Positions 58,376-64,000 of a DNA stretch of 64,000 nucleotides are shown here, one piece after another; the first letter of the stretch is position 1, and every line of letters begins with the position of its first letter. A model generated the notes under the pieces. It saw only the letters and a list, made by a program, of their open reading frames with translations, ran no database searches and was not told the DNA's origin. The translations under genes were made by a program, and so were the position numbers. Origin of the DNA: Schmidtea nova (lineage: Eukaryota); assembly GCA_044892505.1 (NCBI GenBank), contig CM097882.1, positions 163,184,001 to 163,248,000 on the forward strand, in the 5' to 3' direction.

Positions 58376-59918
58376 TGTTATATTAATGATATTTATTTAT
58401 AAAAAATGTAGCTTATCCGAATTTATAATTTTTAATATATTGAAAATTAATACTACATGAAAACGTGAAGACGAATCTATCCAGTAACGTCTTTTCCATT
58501 AGGAAAACTAATTGTACAAGGACAGTTTACTCGTCGTCGCCTTCACTCTCGCAACATCTATCATCTTATCCGAATTTGATAAGGAGGGCAGTATAGTCAT
58601 TATGAGAATTATTGATAATAATAATAAAAAAAGATCAAAGGTGAAAAAAGATAATTATGATATTATGGAATATATTTAAAATTAATCCTAATATCATAAA
58701 AATATTTAATATTACAAAAACACTCGAAATGAACCTTAAGATAGAAAAATACGAACACCAGATTTATTTAGAAATTTCTGTCATAAACTGCTTTGCTGAA
58801 AGAGAATGCTGTGGAACGTCACTGAAATCTAATCACCGTATGAATAAAAAATCCAAGTTGGCTCTGGCGAGAGAAAGAAAATTGTTAGTTGAACAAACAT
58901 CAGATTTGGACGAGGTCGATAGTAAATTCCAAAAATGATCTGCTCTAGGCTTTGCAAAGCGAATAAACCGAAGATTTCATTTCATAAGCGAGTTCATTTT
59001 GTCTAAAATATGAGAAAAAATAAGAAAAGCCGAATTAAAAATTTAATAATTTACTTGTCATTTGAAGATACTCATTCTTTAATTAGAGAATCTTAGCATT
59101 GAGAAGTTGTCCAAATTTTCTGTGTTAGGGGCGATCCAACTAGTAGATTTTCCTTGGTATGATAGAATAAATGATTTGATTTTAAAATTTCATCCAAAAA
59201 CATGTCTAAAGAAAATTAAATTAAATCGATAATTCTATTAAAGAAATCAAAATTACATACTGTAGATTAACCAATCAAAATTCGAGAATTTTTGTTTCCC
59301 CTTTATATAGTTTTCTTCTTATAGGGGGTCCGTGGATATTCCTGACTGGAGAATGATCAGGATTGGATTTTGTAAATAAGAGTAAGAATTGGAGTTCGGA
59401 AATCATCCCCAAAGTTCTTGAAAAACCTAAATGAATTTTCAAAAATAATATATGAAATTAATGAAATAATTGTATAGATACCGTTGCTAAGGCCTCGGCA
59501 AGAAATCAAATGTTAAAATTATCAAATTTTAATAAAAGTATAATTAAACTTATAAAGCAATTTAGACATTAGGTATAGGGACTAAATAGAGTTTAATTAA
59601 AATATCTGACACAAAAATATACAAATTTAAAAAGCCTAGAAAATAATAAAGTTTAGTTAAAATCGTCAGAAATCAAATACCCTGAACATAGGGATGATCA
59701 AGGATTTTTCAATCCCCGAATTGAGTTTGTGATTATATGCTTAAGCATGAGCTTGCAAATAAAAGTAGATACGCGAAAACTCCTGTGCGTTTGGATAATA
59801 CTATGTATAATGATTAAGCGGGAGAAAAATTAATAAATTTGTATTGATGAACCTATTTATGTTTTCTTTTAAATTGAAATGAATATCCGTAGTTAAGTCA
59901 TGTAAGAAGGGACAAAAT

Positions 59919-60128
59919 GGGCATTAAACCTTCTATCGGTAGCCCTTGGACCCAGGAAATATTCGGTCAATCATAGTTTTGTATTGACGACGCTCACTGA
60001 TTGCGAATATCCACCCATTTGTTGCATTACCAACGTTACATTGTGACGGGCAACAAGATTGTTATTTCAATGTTTTGTATGTTGAGTTGTGGATACGAGC
60101 CATAGTAACGTCAAGGTCATTGACGACC
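59919..60128. other. Module C copy, inverted
   Basis: Reverse-complement homolog of 52799-53035. Confidence 0.55.
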
Positions 60129-61234
60129 AATAATAATATTACCCAAAAATAAAAAATTAAAAAAAAAACATTTGTTTAATCGCATAAAAACTCGCGACCT
60201 AATTGGTTAACTCTTATATTATAGTAATTAATTTTCATGTATTTATAAATATTGATTTTCTTTTTCTACTTTCAGGTTGTCAGAATCCCGGACGCTTGGT
60301 GAAAAATCCTATTAGTCAAGCTATTTGTTGTAAGTATTTTATTTTCTCCTTATTATTATACGACATTTTCAATTTAGAATCGCTACATGGAACTATCATT
60401 CACTTCAACTGGAACCTATCAGCGAATTCTATTGTAGATCTCACATTTATTTCTAACTCCGATTCTCACCGTCAGTGATCCCCATATGGCATCAATGTTT
60501 CAGGGCTATTGGGTGGTCATCCTATTTTAACACAAAAAAATGTGTTGGGATTTCTCTTTCATTTGGCCCCTGTGAAAAAAAATTATCAATTACACTCGTC
60601 TGATCGTCTGCATACTTCCATGTTTCTCGGAGTATAACAATCTCATTATAGTGGACTCTAATCACTTGACAATAGTCAATCGTCATATTGCAAGGCTTTT
60701 TCATCGGATTTACCAAATCTATTTATGTTGGTTAATTTTTACACTTTATGTCGATAGTTATGGTAACAAATTTAAGTTTTAATAAAAAATTCACTAGATA
60801 ATGTTTCTTTCTTTTGTTGCTTTTCGATAGTATGCATGATTTATTTTTTTTTTATTTATTAAATTTTTTCTTGTTGTGTGGTTGGGTGATGTCACAGACT
60901 TATAACTATTAAACGGGGTTATGCTCGGATAGCGCTGCGTAATATTTGGGCAAGACGTCTGGGTATAGGATGCTGTAGATGAAGGTAGTAATGAGTGCGA
61001 TGAAGTATATTGTGGGAAGGTAGATTTCTGATTATAGTAATCAGGTGAGACTTGTGAACAAAAGGGGTTGTGAATTTCGATGGGAATTTTGTATGGATGC
61101 GAATTAATGATTGCAATATTCAGGGGAATTTGCGAGTTGGCTTGTTGAATTTTATGATGAAATTTTTATATGGTATGTGGTATGTTGTTATGATTTAGTG
61201 AGGTGAGATGGAATGATTGTGTGTAATATTGTTA

Positions 61235-62645
61235 CACCGTGTTTCACTGGATATGGCGACCTATAATAATCAAATAGCTTATATTATAGAAAAATACACA
61301 CCTACCTGTACCCAATTCATTGCTGTTTTACTGAAAATGGCCATTTATTATGTCGTAGACAAAGAGATAGAAAAAAAATAATTACACACAAACACAAAAC
61401 ATAGAAAAAAACAGATGGTAACTTTCATGGGTGCGTTTTGTTTTATTCAATCTGGCTACCATATATAATTTTTATCAACAGAAATATTGAAAATTAAAAT
61501 GGAAAATAAAATTTCAATAATTGGATCTGATGAATCTACATTGAGTTTTCGTGAAAATGATGAAATATCATCGTAAGTAATGTAAATTAAGTCATAAAAT
61601 TTTTATACTTTCCCAGATTTTCAGAAAATTCACTGGAAACAATGGCATTTCTTGAAGATGAAGTAGGAAAATGGTATCACTTTTTTATTTATTAATATAT
61701 TTATTATGGTCTTAGCCTTTCAGATATTCCAGATACATCGTACAACTGCATTTCGTCCGATACCCTAAAAAAATGTTCGAAAATCGTAAGATGAAATAAT
61801 AAATATTTAAAAAGTTATTTGACTTTTATAGGATTTCAGATATTGACAAAGCCAGAATCATAAACGCAAAGGAAAATACTTCCATTTGGGAAGCTTACTT
61901 GGCCTACCAAAAAATTCTATAAGAAAAATAATTTACAAATATGAAAAATATGACCACCTACCAGAAAGCACAAGAGGTGGTATCAAGCCTCGAATTTCAG
62001 AAGAAACTGGGATTAAGTTATTAGATTTTGTAGAAAACAATGTTGGTGCAACCTTGGAGGAAATGAGAAAATTCATCAATGAACTAAACCCAATCGAAAG
62101 TTTATTTAGCAAGATCAAATGCAATTTAAGGAAGACAATATCAAGATCAAATGGCTTCTCCACAATGTCTTTCCAAGACAGATTTTGTTTGGTGAAAACT
62201 ACTCTTGAAGACGAATTAAATAAAGATGAATATAAAGATTTGGAAAACTTTTCCTTACATGTTCGACGATTTTTTTCTAAATGTTTTCAAAAAATTGAAA
62301 TATTTGGAGATTAATGTATTTATCAAATAAATATTAGTTAGAATTGAATTTTTACTTACCTTTGATGTTAATAATTCCAATATCATAAACATTTTCTACT
62401 AATTATTTAAAAATTAAATAAAAATAAAATTGATGAATAAAGATAACATTTTAAAGCTTTTATAGTGATCTCATATCATTATGAGATGAAAATAAAAGAC
62501 TTAAAAGTTATCCTAATTACAAAAATTACCTGAAAGCCATTTTAAAATGGCTAATTCTAACAAATTTTGAAAAATGACTAATAATAACCCGTGATGTATC
62601 TCACTCACCTGCATTATAGGCGAACGGATTCATTTAAACACGGTG
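61235..62645 (+). mobile_element. IS630/Tc1-like transposon, internally deleted, with intron-like segments, inserted into the modular repeat
   Basis: TA-CACCGTGTTT...AAACACGGTG-TA termini; HTH LGLPKNSIRKII...RGGIKPRIS fused directly to ELNPIESLFSKIK. Confidence 0.85.
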
Positions 62646-64000
62646 TATAGGTTTAGATGATTTTATTATTGTTGTGTTTGCGTGTGTTTTCATGATGAGT
62701 GACTGAAACTAATTGAGTGCCTGTGAGTTTGACTGGATGTATGATGCTAACTAACCTAGCTGTGCAGATTTCTTTTTTGTATGAATTGTTTGGGGTGTAT
62801 GTTGCTAATGAATGTTATTGAGTTATACGGTGTGGGGCGTGTGAATTGTATTTTGGTGGGTGTTGCATGTGGTATTAGTATGGATGGTGTTATTGAATGG
62901 TACGGGTATTATGACTTGTAATTAGGGTAGTAGGTGATTTTAGGGGGCATTTTATAAAATAATACACAAAACATATAAAATATTTTCAGAATTAAAATAC
63001 TAACAATAATTTTATAATAATTTTTACAAATTTTAAATTTATAATTCTTTTTAAGAGTTATATAATAATAAAATTTCTAATTTTATAATATAAATTTTTG
63101 GATTCGACTTTTTATATTTTAAGAATATATATATTAATTGTAAAATTTTTTATGTAATCTTGAATTGGGAATTTTATAAAATGAAAAATTTTAATATAAC
63201 AATACTAATTTTGATTTAAAATCCTCATGCGTTCGATATAATTTGATTCAAAAATTTCTAAGAAAAATTCTACATTTATAATTTTTTCATTATAAATTTT
63301 TCGTAATATGGTATTTCCAAAAGTAAATTTTATTTTTATGATCGAATACGAAATCTACATAATAATAAATCTTTATCCACAAATTTCGCAATCCAAATAA
63401 GAATTCAATCTAAAAAATCTCATATACTAAATAAAATAAAAGTAAAATAAATTATAAAATTTTTTTTTTCAAAGAATAGTTTTCGACCTCAAGTAAGGTG
63501 AATTTCGGTTTCGTTTAAGCATGAATTTCCGAACCAAAGTGCGCGCGAATTTTTCGAGACACTTCACTTTGGAACTTCAGGCTCCTGAAAACAAGGTTCA
63601 CTGGAGAAAAATTATTTAGATAATTAATGAGGTTTAATTCAAATCGATCAATACTTGTCTCCATAATTCGTTTCGTTTCGTGATCATTTTATCAGCTTTG
63701 AGCATTATTTCGAACGATTCTCTTTTCAATATTAGTTTTTATTCTACTTGTGTTTTCGGATAAGATGACAATTGTTGTGAGAGTGAAGGCGAACGACAAG
63801 TAAATTAATCTTGCACAGATAAATTCTATAATGGAAAAGACATCGATGGATGAATTGACATTTACGTCTTTAAGTGCACATTATGTTAAAAAATATAATT
63901 CAAATAAAAATACACTACTATAAATTATAGATCATTAATATAACACCTTGCCCTTGGCCAAGCCACTGTTCCCCAGTTGGGATGAAGTGATCATGGATGT
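62646..64000. mobile_element. Continuation of the modular repeat; module A from 63946 to the window end
   Basis: Colinear with 11100-12450 and 54780-56100. Confidence 0.75.

Larger units (their letters stand above)
56020..58440. repeat. Imperfect palindrome of about 2.4 kb with a ~110-bp spacer (57160-57268)
   Basis: 56650-57160 is the near-identical reverse complement of 57270-57780; modules A and B are mirrored further out. Confidence 0.88.
52790..61234. mobile_element. Modular repeat family, array 2, with direct and inverted partial copies
   Basis: Module C at 52799 (+), 53700 (+), 59919-60128 (-); A at 56047 (+) and 58200 (-); E at ~53440 and ~59480; F at ~53610 (-) and ~57200 (+). Confidence 0.75.

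Noticed and set aside
60270-60740. Exon-like segment with GT-AG signals on +
   Set aside because: Stops in all frames and no recognisable product.

Overview
AT-rich eukaryotic (animal) scaffold with five N-gaps; the 40-60 nt minimal introns and repeat content look flatworm-like, but that is only a guess. Host genes: a Raf kinase on the + strand (15151 to at least 41657) whose large introns are full of transposons, a short CNC-type bZIP on the - strand (46568-46937), and an unidentified multi-exon gene on the - strand (~51.1-52.4 kb). The most unusual object is at 1-5340 (-): a near-intact Ty3/Gypsy-type element whose single reading frame runs Gag, CCHC knuckle, coiled coil, ubiquitin-like domain, Bcl-2-family domain, membrane segment, chuvirus-like glycoprotein, membrane segment, aspartic protease, broken only by one TAG. 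Also present: a young Gypsy element with identical LTRs and a -1 slippery site; Penelope-like elements; three families of minimal hammerhead ribozyme motifs, including a TSD-flanked non-coding element with two tandem hammerheads 964 nt apart; a multi-kb modular repeat family (7-14.7 kb and 52.8-64 kb) with GC-rich modules showing compensatory base changes and a 2.4-kb palindrome; and decayed piggyBac, Tc1, mariner, hAT, Merlin, pogo and IS630-like DNA transposons. All assignments come from reading motifs by eye; no searches or folding programs were run.
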